Source of the DNA: a virus
Strand: one strand, 5' to 3'
DNA length: 64,000 bases
Virus record (IMG/VR): IMGVR_UViG_3300026097_000008
Coordinates: 64,001 to 128,000 of that record
In this document: positions 1 to 9,566 of the stretch, in pieces
Position numbering within the stretch: the stretch's first letter is position 1
Layout of the letters: each line of letters begins with the position of its first letter
Program-made: the position numbers and the translations under genes
The notes under the pieces: generated by a model
What the model saw: only the letters and a program-made list of their open reading frames with translations
What the model was told of the DNA's origin: nothing
Databases searched by the model: none

Positions 1-1122
1 TGCTAAAACTTGATCTGCGGCGGGTGATGCAGTAGTTGTATCTACATCACTTAAAGCATCTATACTAATAGAATTAAGGTCCGAAGCGGTGACTGTATAA
101 TCCGTTATGTAATTTTGTAAATCACTTATTTGGCTTTCTGTTATAGATAATGCTGATTGATGCTGTATCACACTAGACTGGGTTATATTTGCATCTGGTA
201 CATTCGCCCAAACCACTGCGGCAGTAAGATCATTAGCTTCTGTTGTTAATGCTCCTATACCTGTAGCAGTAGGCGGGGTAAATTTAAACTCTCCTGTGCT
301 GTCGTTGTATGATATAGCACCGTTTCCGCTAGGAGTATTTTCAACTCCTATGCTAAAGCTATCAAGAGCAACAACTGAAGGAGTGTTTGATAGGTTGTTG
401 TAATCTAGATAATATGCACTATCAAACCCGTCAAGTGTATCTGCATCTGTGCCTGCGCCGCCTGTCGTAGCATCAGCACCCGGCGCCCAATTTGATCCAT
501 TCCATTTTAGAACCTGCCCTGTAGTAGGAGAACTGCTTGTTGTGTCAACGTCTGATAAAAAATCTATAGAGAAAGGTGATAAATTTATAGTGACTTCATC
601 AGTATCAGTAGCAATACTAGTAGATATATTTGTTCCACCTGAAATAGTTAGAATATCAGTAGCACTGTCTGCAGAAGTTACGCCCTGATCAGCTGTAATA
701 GTTGCAAATGTATCCTGTGTAGATCCTGTTGCATTTATTGTTAGAGTATTATCAACAATACTAGTAGTGACATTATTGCCACCTGCAACAATTAGAGTAT
801 CATTAGTTGTTTGTGCTGTCCTTGATCCATTGTCTGCTGAAAAAGTTGAAAATAAATTTTGTGAGCCGCCGCCGGCTTGACCATTAATTGTTAGAATATC
901 GCCTACTATTTCTGTTGTAATATTATTGCCACCTGCAATAGTTAAACTATCAGCTGCAACATCGGCTACAGTAAACCCAGTATCAGCATTAAATCTTGTA
1001 AAAACATTTACTCCTGCAACAGATTGACTAATATTCCATGCAGATCCGTCCCACTGCCATGTAGTTGTACCGTCTGTAAAAGTATCTCCTATAGTAGGAC
1101 TAGCTGGAAAATTTAATGCCAT
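1..1122 (-). CDS. Virion structural / tail-fibre-like protein, 5' part only (runs off the window edge)
   Basis: Not in the ORF track. ATG at 1122 preceded by AGAGAGG. Reads MALNFPASPTIGDTFTDGTTTWQWDGSAW..., then ~45-aa repeats F.T..AD.G...A...D.LTI.GG.N..T.I, as in T4-like fibre proteins. Confidence 0.75.
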   Translation of the reverse strand, partial: MALNFPASPTIGDTFTDGTTTWQWDGSAWNISQSVAGVNVFTRFNADTGFTVADVAADSLTIAGGNNITTEIVGDILTINGQAGGGSQNLFSTFSADNGSRTAQTTNDTLIVAGGNNVTTSIVDNTLTINATGSTQDTFATITADQGVTSADSATDILTISGGTNISTSIATDTDEVTINLSPFSIDFLSDVDTTSSSPTTGQVLKWNGSNWAPGADATTGGAGTDADTLDGFDSAYYLDYNNLSNTPSVVALDSFSIGVENTPSGNGAISYNDSTGEFKFTPPTATGIGALTTEANDLTAAVVWANVPDANITQSSVIQHQSALSITESQISDLQNYITDYTVTASDLNSISIDALSDVDTTTASPAADQVLA

Positions 1123-1140
1123 TATAACCTCTCTTTGTAT

Positions 1141-2712
1141 TTACCGTAATCTCAAGTTTATATTTTTTAGTTGACTTGATCCTTGTGTTTGCACAGGTTG
1201 ATCACCATACTTTGAAAATAAAAATTTATTTGGTGCGCCTAATAAGCTTGTTCCGAAAACAGCGTAATCATTATCTAATCCGGTTGTGAACATAGTAGAC
1301 TTTGCATCACTTGTGACACGGTTTTTAATCTGTGTAGGTGTAAAATTTGGATTGACTTGCAAATGTTGTGCTATTACGCCTGCTGCTTGCGGAGCTGCCA
1401 TACTTGTTCCATTAATCATTGCAATTTTAAAATTTGTATCTTGTGGATAATCAATAGTAGAATAAATGCTACTGGTGCTGCATGTGCTTATAATATTAGT
1501 ACCCGGTGCAAATAAGTCTAGTCTAGGACCTCTACTAGTAGAATTTGCTGTTTTATCTTTATACTCACTTCCGTCTAGCTGAGTATCGTCGTCACTGTTG
1601 CCAACAATAAAAGCATCTGAACTGTATGGGCTACTGCCTCTATGATAAAAGTATGTTTGAGCACCGTAAACAACAGTATTATCATAATCGTCGCCGCCAG
1701 GATTATCACCTTTAAATAAGTCATTACCTGCCGCTATACAAACATGTATTCCTGCAGCAATCATATCATCTACTTCTGCATCAACACTTGCAACTCTTGC
1801 AGGTATAAATCTCGAAACACCATCTTGGGGGATTACTAGTCCCGTTGCCTGCCATAATGCAATATCATTTGCATAAGTCACGCCATAAGTCCAATTTGAT
1901 CCTCTATAGGTGCCGCCTGTAGGATCATCTGATCTAACACTTGCAAACCCCCAGCTCATATTTACAACTGTAGGTCTACCATTTGTTTTATTCAAATGCC
2001 AGAGCCTTATTGCATCAAATGCATCCGCAGTCGGTATGCCAGATCCACTATCGCCTGTGCCTTCAAGTCCTGCTAATTTTTGACCATATATATGTGCCCC
2101 TTTAGCCCACCCATATGTAAGTCCTGCTGCAATGCCTGCACAATGCGTCCCGTGGCCATCTGTATCTCTGTCATGATTAATACTTTGGCCGCCTATTAGT
2201 CCACTTGCGCTATACCAATCTATAAGTCTAACTCGTGTATTTCCGTTATAATCATTAAAATCAGGATGATCTACCTGTAAACCACTATCCTGAACTACTA
2301 TATCAACCCCTGTGCCGTCGAGAGCATATGGATATACGCCGCTAGCAACAAGACTATTTCGGTAGATATTAGTTTCTTCTATACAACGTCGTAGACCCCA
2401 ATTTACTTGCTGAGAATTAAGCACAGTAGGCTTGTTAAAATTTGCGTTTTGAAAGGCTCTCTTGCCTATTACAATGTCTGTTCTTTGGTCTACAGGAATT
2501 TCTACACTTAACACTCTGGGATCGTTTTGTAAATCTACAGCTTCTTGATCAGTTAGCATCCAATGTGTCATACGCTTCGAGCCAATTCTAGGATTAGCTA
2601 TATCAACAGTTCGATTAGGGATAGGACCACTACCTGATGAGGCTGACAATTCTGCATCAAACTCTTCTAAGTCTATTCCTTTGTGAACTACTACAACGTA
2701 CTCTTTTTCCAT
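1141..2712 (-). CDS. Subtilisin-like serine protease (peptidase S8), probably virion-associated
   Basis: Catalytic motifs VVQDSG (Asp), HGTHCAG (His), AAGN (oxyanion Asn) and GTSMAAP (Ser). The start is probably MEKEY at 2712, a TAATG overlap with the upstream gene, rather than 2730. Confidence 0.9.
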   Translation of the reverse strand: MEKEYVVVVHKGIDLEEFDAELSASSGSGPIPNRTVDIANPRIGSKRMTHWMLTDQEAVDLQNDPRVLSVEIPVDQRTDIVIGKRAFQNANFNKPTVLNSQQVNWGLRRCIEETNIYRNSLVASGVYPYALDGTGVDIVVQDSGLQVDHPDFNDYNGNTRVRLIDWYSASGLIGGQSINHDRDTDGHGTHCAGIAAGLTYGWAKGAHIYGQKLAGLEGTGDSGSGIPTADAFDAIRLWHLNKTNGRPTVVNMSWGFASVRSDDPTGGTYRGSNWTYGVTYANDIALWQATGLVIPQDGVSRFIPARVASVDAEVDDMIAAGIHVCIAAGNDLFKGDNPGGDDYDNTVVYGAQTYFYHRGSSPYSSDAFIVGNSDDDTQLDGSEYKDKTANSTSRGPRLDLFAPGTNIISTCSTSSIYSTIDYPQDTNFKIAMINGTSMAAPQAAGVIAQHLQVNPNFTPTQIKNRVTSDAKSTMFTTGLDNDYAVFGTSLLGAPNKFLFSKYGDQPVQTQGSSQLKNINLRLR

Positions 2713-3953
2713 TAGACTAAGCTCGCCCATGCTCCGTTTTCGTAAACTTGTGCTTTGTTTAAAGTGCTATCATAAACCATATCGCCGTTTATCGCTGCAA
2801 GTGCATTTTTTTCTGTAGTTGTAAAGCTAGGCAATCTCAACGGACCGTTTTGGACAATCACACCGTCTGGTGCAGAGAGTGTTAATGTGCTTGCGCTTTG
2901 TATTTCCGGTAATCCAATTCCATTTGAAACAAAATTTGTAGCGTATGCATTATTATCTACAGTAAGATCATTTTCTACTGTTAAATCACTGTTCATCGTC
3001 ACATTTGGAATTATAGATATTCCGCTACTGTCGTCAGTTGTAATTGTTGATGTATTAAATGTAAAATTTCCTACGCTTCCAGATCCGCCGCTAGCATTTG
3101 TAAAGGAAAAATTTCCTGAACCATCTGTTGTTAAAACCTGTCCTGATGTACCATCACTTATGCCTAGGTCTAACAAACTTGTAGGCACAGGGGAACTTGG
3201 TTGCACCCATTGTCCGCTGTCGTCGTCTACCACATATATGTATAATCTCCCATTTGCACTATTATACCATATATTGCCTGCCTCTGGCGAGCTAGGTGCA
3301 GAGTCACTAATGTCAGTACTAGCTCCGCCGGATCCGGATCCAGGATCAGCGGTAGTAATAGTATTTCCCATGTCTAGATGATTTTGGCACCAATAATATA
3401 GTGTAGTCGGTGTCTGGTCTGTGATTGTAATTGCAACACTACGTTGCTCTGCTCTTTCGAACCCGTCCCAGTATCCTTGCTTGGTCACTACTTTATTATC
3501 TAGTTTATATACTACTCTATCAGTGTAAACAGTACCGCCACCAAGTTCCCCGTTAACATTATCTGAACTAAAATTTAAAGGATGTTGATTATTTGTAGTA
3601 CCAACGGCATTAGGATACCATACATTAGTTGAATCATTTTGATTAAAAATGTAGGTATAACCTATAACAAAACTTAGTGCTGGATTGTTTTCATCATTTA
3701 GGATGTATTTGTTGCCGGCACCGGTATCATTAATTACAACATTATAAGTTTTGGTTGCTATACCCGATAGGCTATTATTAGTAAGAACTTCAAAACCGCC
3801 AGCTAACTTACCACTATAAAGTCTTAAACTACTTGTTTCTGAATCAAAGAATACTTCACCACTAGATCCAACATTTCTATCAAGAAAATCATTTGGTCTT
3901 GGAATTATTCTTATTCTATCTACTATAGGTGCTGATGACATCTTTATCCTCAT
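2712..3953 (-). CDS. Virion structural protein with a cupredoxin-like domain and fibre modules
   Basis: Contains HPLNFS...TLYYWCQNHLDMG, a DGTSGQVLTTDGSGNFSF fibre motif and a C-terminal LRLP...GDMVYD...W module. A late promoter lies upstream. The start may be MSSAP (3941). Confidence 0.65.
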   Translation of the reverse strand: MRIKMSSAPIVDRIRIIPRPNDFLDRNVGSSGEVFFDSETSSLRLYSGKLAGGFEVLTNNSLSGIATKTYNVVINDTGAGNKYILNDENNPALSFVIGYTYIFNQNDSTNVWYPNAVGTTNNQHPLNFSSDNVNGELGGGTVYTDRVVYKLDNKVVTKQGYWDGFERAEQRSVAITITDQTPTTLYYWCQNHLDMGNTITTADPGSGSGGASTDISDSAPSSPEAGNIWYNSANGRLYIYVVDDDSGQWVQPSSPVPTSLLDLGISDGTSGQVLTTDGSGNFSFTNASGGSGSVGNFTFNTSTITTDDSSGISIIPNVTMNSDLTVENDLTVDNNAYATNFVSNGIGLPEIQSASTLTLSAPDGVIVQNGPLRLPSFTTTEKNALAAINGDMVYDSTLNKAQVYENGAWASLV

Positions 3954-3967
3954 TTATATTGCTACTG

Positions 3968-3974
3968 TATTTAT
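3968..3974 (-). promoter_or_regulatory. T4-type late promoter (ATAAATA)
   Basis: AATAAATA on the minus strand in the intergenic gap before the 413-aa gene. A gp55 homolog is encoded in this window. Confidence 0.6.
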
Positions 3975-4008
3975 TCAATGCTATAGCATTATATTTTTGA
4001 GATAAATC

Positions 4009-4419
4009 TTAAAAGAGTAATGTTTTGTCTGATATCTCTTGAATTTTATCGTTTTTTAACACAAATTTAGTTATGTCATCTAGATGAATATGATAAGGAG
4101 TATTATCTGGAACACTAACAAATGGAACATGGTGATATGTTTGCACTGTTTCGCCTAACCAGTCCTCTTCTATAACTGGAATTTTCATAACATCTTCGTT
4201 GAATCCTTTTGTAGTTCCAATTACAAATTTTTCTTTCCCGTCATCTTCGTCTATATAAAAAATTATTACTTCGTTTTCTTTTAACAAAGCACGTATCCAG
4301 TTTCTTAATGTTTCACGATCTTTTTGGCTTTTGTAAAGGGCTGTGGCGTCGCCTTCTTTAACTTTTCTTTTCTTCACTGTATAGGTCACAAGCTCATGTG
4401 TCCGTAATTCTTCAATCAT
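4009..4419 (-). CDS. Hypothetical protein (possible small SH3/WYL-like beta-barrel)
   Basis: 136-aa ORF with GGAGG RBS; last gene of the enzyme operon. The fold guess is weak. Confidence 0.55.
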   Translation of the reverse strand: MIEELRTHELVTYTVKKRKVKEGDATALYKSQKDRETLRNWIRALLKENEVIIFYIDEDDGKEKFVIGTTKGFNEDVMKIPVIEEDWLGETVQTYHHVPFVSVPDNTPYHIHLDDITKFVLKNDKIQEISDKTLLF

Positions 4420-4421
4420 GC

Positions 4422-5156
4422 TTATCCTCCAAAATGTTTGTAATACAAATCTTGTATTATATTTCTTTTAAACGTAAAATTTGCACTTCTAAAATATTTC
4501 TTTTTGTCTAACCAAAATTTGTCTAAACTATTCATTTCTCTGCATACTATATCATAATCTTTTTCAGATAATGGAATTATATGAGCCAATGGTGTGCCTG
4601 CTTTAATCAACACGTCGCCTTTTTGAACATTGTAATATAATTGAATATTTATTTCATTACTATACCCAGGATTGAGAATACCGATAGAACTTTCAAATTC
4701 AAAATTATCTGGATATGCAATAGGCAACATTAATAATTTTACACCTCTAGGTGCAACAACGTGCCATGGTGTATTTATTTTTACAAATGTATTAAGACTC
4801 CACGGCTTAATAGGCATTTCTGTGCCGACTCCGTTAGATTGATTTTCTACAATGTTAACTTCCGGTGTCAAACTGGCGAGATCTGACGAAGGCACAGTCC
4901 ATGTAAACTCGTCTGGATTGCCGTTGGTGCTTATAATAACATCATGCCACATTGGCACAACAAATCCGTGCTTAAATAAATCGAATATACCAGGACACTG
5001 ATATATATGACTCATTGACCCTAAAGTTCTATTCTTTTTCTTTACATAGGAATCTCTAGCTATTTTTGTCCAAGCTGGCATCGCATCCTTTGCTTTTACA
5101 ATAGGATATAAATCTGGAAGTCCCGGAACAGTCGAATAAAATTCTATTTTTTTCAT
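4422..5156 (-). CDS. Conserved phage protein (DUF6065-like / dUTPase-like beta-clip fold)
   Basis: Motifs CPGIFD..GFVVP, INTPW...P.G..LL and IKAGTPLAHIIP, typical of proteins found beside phage 2OG oxygenases. ATGA overlap with the upstream gene. Confidence 0.55.
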   Translation of the reverse strand: MKKIEFYSTVPGLPDLYPIVKAKDAMPAWTKIARDSYVKKKNRTLGSMSHIYQCPGIFDLFKHGFVVPMWHDVIISTNGNPDEFTWTVPSSDLASLTPEVNIVENQSNGVGTEMPIKPWSLNTFVKINTPWHVVAPRGVKLLMLPIAYPDNFEFESSIGILNPGYSNEINIQLYYNVQKGDVLIKAGTPLAHIIPLSEKDYDIVCREMNSLDKFWLDKKKYFRSANFTFKRNIIQDLYYKHFGG

Positions 5157-5725
5157 ATTATCACATCATACGCTATATTAATTCGTTCTATATCTGAATT
5201 GTTGTATTCAACTTCGTGTGGTAGCCAAGAAGGCCATAAAACAAGATCTCTATCTTGTGGCAAATAATTGAAATCTCTAGTGTACGGCGAAGCATTACAA
5301 CAGTCCCCTAAAATATTAGCAGGATTGATTATACGTAAAGATCCTGTACCAGTACCTTGGATATAGTATACTCCTGAAAAAATTGCAGATTTGTGTGAAT
5401 GCATTGCATTCCTTGATTGGGGTTGATTGATGTTTGTCCAATAGTTTATTTTTAAATTATGTTTGCCTAAAGTTTCCATCTCTTGTGCAAAGAAATGATC
5501 TTTTTCGCTGTATAACTCAATAGCACGAAAGCATTTATCAGTAATTGCTTTGAGAAGCCAATCTACGTTTTTATACACATGTCCTGATCTCCAACAGCCG
5601 TCATTGCTCCTTGGTGCGCCTGGTTCGTGTCTGATTTCAGAAATTTGTTTTAGTAAGTCTTTAATTTCGTTGTCAGTTCCGATATTAGGTGTTGCATCTA
5701 AATGAGCTTCAAATAACGAAATCAT
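5153..5725 (-). CDS. 2OG-Fe(II) oxygenase superfamily protein (HxH type, TIGR02466-like)
   Basis: W.NIN, HSH, FSGVYY, LVLWPSWLPHEV and ERINIAYD. The start is probably MISLF at 5725 (ATGA overlap). Confidence 0.85.
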   Translation of the reverse strand: MISLFEAHLDATPNIGTDNEIKDLLKQISEIRHEPGAPRSNDGCWRSGHVYKNVDWLLKAITDKCFRAIELYSEKDHFFAQEMETLGKHNLKINYWTNINQPQSRNAMHSHKSAIFSGVYYIQGTGTGSLRIINPANILGDCCNASPYTRDFNYLPQDRDLVLWPSWLPHEVEYNNSDIERINIAYDVII

Positions 5726-7233
5726 GTGTTGTACCAATCTGTTAAGTAATCGTAATGGTTTTCGAACATACCTTCGGCAAGATCGAGGCGTTTTCTATGG
5801 CATTCTAAAAAATATTCAGCATATTGTTTTTCTTTTTCAGATAACGGTGATTCGACATCCTTATATGCACCGCCTGCATGCAATACACACCACCATTGTA
5901 CTACATTAAACATTGAATTAGGTGCAATATTAAAGAATCTTTTTGGCACTGGCAAGAATAATTCTAGTATTTCTCTTGCTCTTTCTGGTAAATTTTCTAA
6001 AGATTGCGTTCTAAAAGATTTCCAAAAATCTGTATCTTCTTTTGTTGAAAAATAATAATGAGCCCATACAAATGCTAGAATCTCGTTTGACATAAAATCA
6101 AAATTGTTGTTTATAGCATATTTTTGTTGTTCGCCCCATATATTACCACTAGTATTCAAGACTCCTGCAATGTCTGATACAACACTAGTTGTAAATGTTA
6201 TACCTGTAGCTTCTAAAGGTTCTACAAATCCTGCACTTAATCCTACTGCGCAGACATTTTTTACAGCAATTTCTTTATGATATCCGCATTTCATTTTTAA
6301 ATGTCTTGCGGGAGCAACAAACTCTCCAATTTTTTGTCTCAATTCTTGTTCAGCACTTTCTGCATCAATAAATTTAGAAGAATATACATAACCATTACCG
6401 ATACTTTTGTATGTAGGAATCGTGAACATCCAACCCGAATCCATAGCTGTAGCTTTGGTATACGGATGACATTCTTTTTGTGGATTAGTAAACTGAGTCC
6501 TAATAACAACAGCATTATCGTTGGGCAAATACTTTGTATAATCTATAAAAGGTACTTTTAGTTTTTGTTCTAACAATATACTTGCAAATCCTGTGCAGTC
6601 TATGAATAAATCAGACTGGTAAGTATTTGCATCTTCATCAATTAACGAATCTATACCTTCTTGATTTACTTTAACATCTGTAATTTTAGTATCAATATAT
6701 GTTATTTTGTCTGCTATTAAATGCTTTATAGTTTTTATAATATCGTACGCACCAAAATGCACTGCGCCAAAATCTGATGGTCCCATTCTATGATTTACAT
6801 CTAAATAACTGTCAAATTTCTGACATATATTCTTTTTTGCTAGCCTATAAGCAGGATGCCAATCTGCAAATTCACTATATGGCTTGTCTATAAAATAGTC
6901 ACTTGTGTAAAAGTTATGTGCTATGATGCCATTATCTTGATTATCATTGTCAACAAAGTAAGATTCATTATTCCATCCAATAAGCTCTACTCCGTACTTA
7001 AATGATGCATTACTATCTTTCATCCACATATGTGGGGGTATACCACATTCGCTTAAAAATTTTGTTGTGAAAGGCTGTGTCCCTTCGCCTACACCGATAG
7101 GACCTTGTTCTGAATCTTCGATTAAAACAATTTCTGTTGGTATTTTCAAGTTTTTTATAAGATATGCTGCTGTAAGCCATCCGCTTGTTCCGCCGCCAAA
7201 AATTGTAATTTTTTTAATTTTTTTTAGATACAT
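5722..7233 (-). CDS. Flavin-dependent halogenase, tryptophan halogenase (PrnA)-like
   Basis: GGGTSG FAD motif, IGVGEGT, conserved Lys in ASFKYGV, FIDCTGF, GWMFTIP (variant of WxWxIP) and GFVEPLEATG. Confidence 0.88.
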   Translation of the reverse strand: MYLKKIKKITIFGGGTSGWLTAAYLIKNLKIPTEIVLIEDSEQGPIGVGEGTQPFTTKFLSECGIPPHMWMKDSNASFKYGVELIGWNNESYFVDNDNQDNGIIAHNFYTSDYFIDKPYSEFADWHPAYRLAKKNICQKFDSYLDVNHRMGPSDFGAVHFGAYDIIKTIKHLIADKITYIDTKITDVKVNQEGIDSLIDEDANTYQSDLFIDCTGFASILLEQKLKVPFIDYTKYLPNDNAVVIRTQFTNPQKECHPYTKATAMDSGWMFTIPTYKSIGNGYVYSSKFIDAESAEQELRQKIGEFVAPARHLKMKCGYHKEIAVKNVCAVGLSAGFVEPLEATGITFTTSVVSDIAGVLNTSGNIWGEQQKYAINNNFDFMSNEILAFVWAHYYFSTKEDTDFWKSFRTQSLENLPERAREILELFLPVPKRFFNIAPNSMFNVVQWWCVLHAGGAYKDVESPLSEKEKQYAEYFLECHRKRLDLAEGMFENHYDYLTDWYNT

Positions 7234-7235
7234 AA

Positions 7236-7832
7236 TTAGTCCTTAAAATCAAAATAAATGTTAAACGCTAAAGATATTCTTGTGTCATTGCTTTTATTAG
7301 GCAATACTTTATGCAATAACCAACTAGGAAATAACAATATCATTTCATCTAAAGGTTCTACAGTAAGTAAGTTGCTGTACTTATTTGAATGATGTGGAAA
7401 GCTAGCTACAAAAGGATTAGTGCTCTTAAATTGTATATCTCCACTATTTTTCGGTGCTCTATAATAATAGCAACCACTGAACATATTTGGCTGATAACCA
7501 TGTTCATGTAGTCCAATTACCTGATCTTTTGTAAAGGTATTCAACCATGAACCTAAAATATATGTGCTAGTCTTTTTGTATGGATAAGTCAACTGGTCTA
7601 AATATTTTCCTGCATGATTAATAATTTTAGTTTCAATTATTTTCATATCGAACTCTTTTATTATATCTGTAGAATTCTCATGACTAAAAGTTGTGTTTGC
7701 CGTGTCGTTATCCGGCTGCCAATCATTCTTAAATACTGCATGAGACATTGCATGTATAAATTCTCTATCTATGCTGTCACTAGTCTCTATTTTACCCATA
7801 TATATAGGAGTACTAAAAAAATTTTCTATCAT
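7236..7832 (-). CDS. 2OG-Fe(II) oxygenase superfamily protein (HxH type)
   Basis: FSTPIY N-terminus, SWLN, HEH, FSGCYY, LLFPSWLLHKV and TRISLAFN. The start is probably MIENFF at 7832 (ATGA overlap). Confidence 0.85.
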   Translation of the reverse strand: MIENFFSTPIYMGKIETSDSIDREFIHAMSHAVFKNDWQPDNDTANTTFSHENSTDIIKEFDMKIIETKIINHAGKYLDQLTYPYKKTSTYILGSWLNTFTKDQVIGLHEHGYQPNMFSGCYYYRAPKNSGDIQFKSTNPFVASFPHHSNKYSNLLTVEPLDEMILLFPSWLLHKVLPNKSNDTRISLAFNIYFDFKD

Positions 7833-9496
7833 TTTCGTATCACAACTACATATAATCCGTTCCACCACTCGTTTTTATTTTCTTCTGAGTTGAGGAGCAT
7901 TTTTTCGTATACAGCAATTCCGTTTGAATTGTTTATACCCTGTCTAGCACCATCTACAACACCCTGCCAGTTTGCATCATCAAAAACTAGTATAGCTTCA
8001 TTTGCAAGTGCAGGCCAATAGTGTTCAACTGCTTTAGCCACACTAGTTTCATCGTGAGGACCATCATAAAAGAACATTTTGATGCTGTTTTGCGCAGGAG
8101 ACACATCAACACTAAATAAATCTTGGTTGAGTACGACTACATTAGAGTCGCCTCTGTGTTTTTCTAAATTTTTAAAAAATACATTAATATCGTTATCTTC
8201 AGCAACTTCACCGTTTTGCGATGCTATTCCTTCACTCCAATGATCTATTGCTACAGCTTGAATAGGATTATCTTTCAGTACCGCACATAGTGTTGCACCT
8301 AAATAAGTTCCAACTTCCATATAAGTATCTACACCCTGAGCGAGAGTATTTAAAAGTGTTTGTACTCTCGGTGATGTTAATCCCGGAATATCTAAATTTA
8401 TAGTAGGTATACCCGAATTAGCAATACACTCTGCTGCGTGTTTTACTAATTCGCTATGTTGTATTTTTGATTTTACTTCGTATATTTTGTCACAGTACTG
8501 GCATTCCCAACAATCAAACTTACAATTTTTAATTTTTTCTCGCCATACGTTAATTGGCTTTTCTACTAAATTTGTTTCTTGTAAATAAGGTGCAAAATTA
8601 TCGTTAAGAAGAGTTTCGTTTCTATCCCATTTACGAATTATTTCCATTGTTTCGTATAGTCTACTAATTGCTTCTCTTCCATGCATTTTAAACACATCTA
8701 TTCCAAGATCATTTAAAAATTCCTCCCAGTCCTCTTTCCACGGAGGTAAATCAGCATTTTTTAAATGCACTGCCGGGTCTTGTACGTCCCATTTAGGACA
8801 GCTGACTCTGCTAATAGGATCATTAAAATATTGCGGACTACTTCCTTCTCTAGTGTTATTAAATTCAAAGTGCTCTACCATCATTGGACAGTTGCCAAGA
8901 CATCCTTCATTTGCAAGTAAACTAATGTGTATTTCTTTGCCTAAATTTTCTTTTACCCATTCTTTAGCAGTTTTAATTCGTAGCAAAGTGTCTCTGTCTC
9001 GCATTAGATCTCTATCTAAATTTATGTAGTCGAAACCGGCTTTGGCAAGATTTACAATCTCTGCGGCGGTTCGTACTTCTCTTAAGATTGTATTTTTTAC
9101 TTTTAGTTTAGGAAATGCTTTTTGTATTTGCCCTGTAGCCATCCAGTGTGTATGAGGAACAGTAGCAGTATGTACTCCGGCATCATATAATGGTTTAAAA
9201 TGATATATAAAAGTGTCTAAGTTTTTTTGAGTAGGAGGTACTTGAATATTGTTAAAAGTTGCACTTAAAGGAATACCCGTATAATGCTGTATTTGTAAAG
9301 CTGCATCTATAGCATACTTATAGTCTTCTTCGTAAACAAAAGTATCTCCCATTGCGTCTTGGCTAAAGGGAGGTATACGGCTTGTGAAATATATATCATA
9401 AATTAGATGTTTATACTCTACAACAAATTTTATAAAATCCTGATATTGATCTGGACTAAGTTTCGGATTTAATGGAATACTAAAGATTTTTTTCAT
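7829..9496 (-). CDS. Fusion of a U32-family (peptidase U32 / Fe-S hydroxylase-like) domain and a class I SAM methyltransferase (Methyltransf_24-like)
   Basis: N-domain: LDRDLMRD, LLANEGCLGNCP...H, VFKMHGR (compare U32 LKIEGR) and Cys cluster CKFDCWECQYC. C-domain: YMEVGTYLGAT (motif I), AIDHW, FFYDGPH and LVFDD. Confidence 0.75.
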   Translation of the reverse strand: MKKIFSIPLNPKLSPDQYQDFIKFVVEYKHLIYDIYFTSRIPPFSQDAMGDTFVYEEDYKYAIDAALQIQHYTGIPLSATFNNIQVPPTQKNLDTFIYHFKPLYDAGVHTATVPHTHWMATGQIQKAFPKLKVKNTILREVRTAAEIVNLAKAGFDYINLDRDLMRDRDTLLRIKTAKEWVKENLGKEIHISLLANEGCLGNCPMMVEHFEFNNTREGSSPQYFNDPISRVSCPKWDVQDPAVHLKNADLPPWKEDWEEFLNDLGIDVFKMHGREAISRLYETMEIIRKWDRNETLLNDNFAPYLQETNLVEKPINVWREKIKNCKFDCWECQYCDKIYEVKSKIQHSELVKHAAECIANSGIPTINLDIPGLTSPRVQTLLNTLAQGVDTYMEVGTYLGATLCAVLKDNPIQAVAIDHWSEGIASQNGEVAEDNDINVFFKNLEKHRGDSNVVVLNQDLFSVDVSPAQNSIKMFFYDGPHDETSVAKAVEHYWPALANEAILVFDDANWQGVVDGARQGINNSNGIAVYEKMLLNSEENKNEWWNGLYVVVIRK

Positions 9497-9522
9497 AATT
9501 TTACTTTTCGGTAGTTTCTATT

Positions 9523-9551
9523 AGTATAACGGATTATTTTAAAAAAAGCAA
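9523..9551 (-). promoter_or_regulatory. Sigma70-type promoter for the enzyme operon
   Basis: TTGCTT (9551-9546), 17-nt spacer, TATACT (9528-9523), 26 nt upstream of the ATG at 9496. Confidence 0.65.
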
Positions 9552-9566
9552 GAGTTTTTTAAATAA

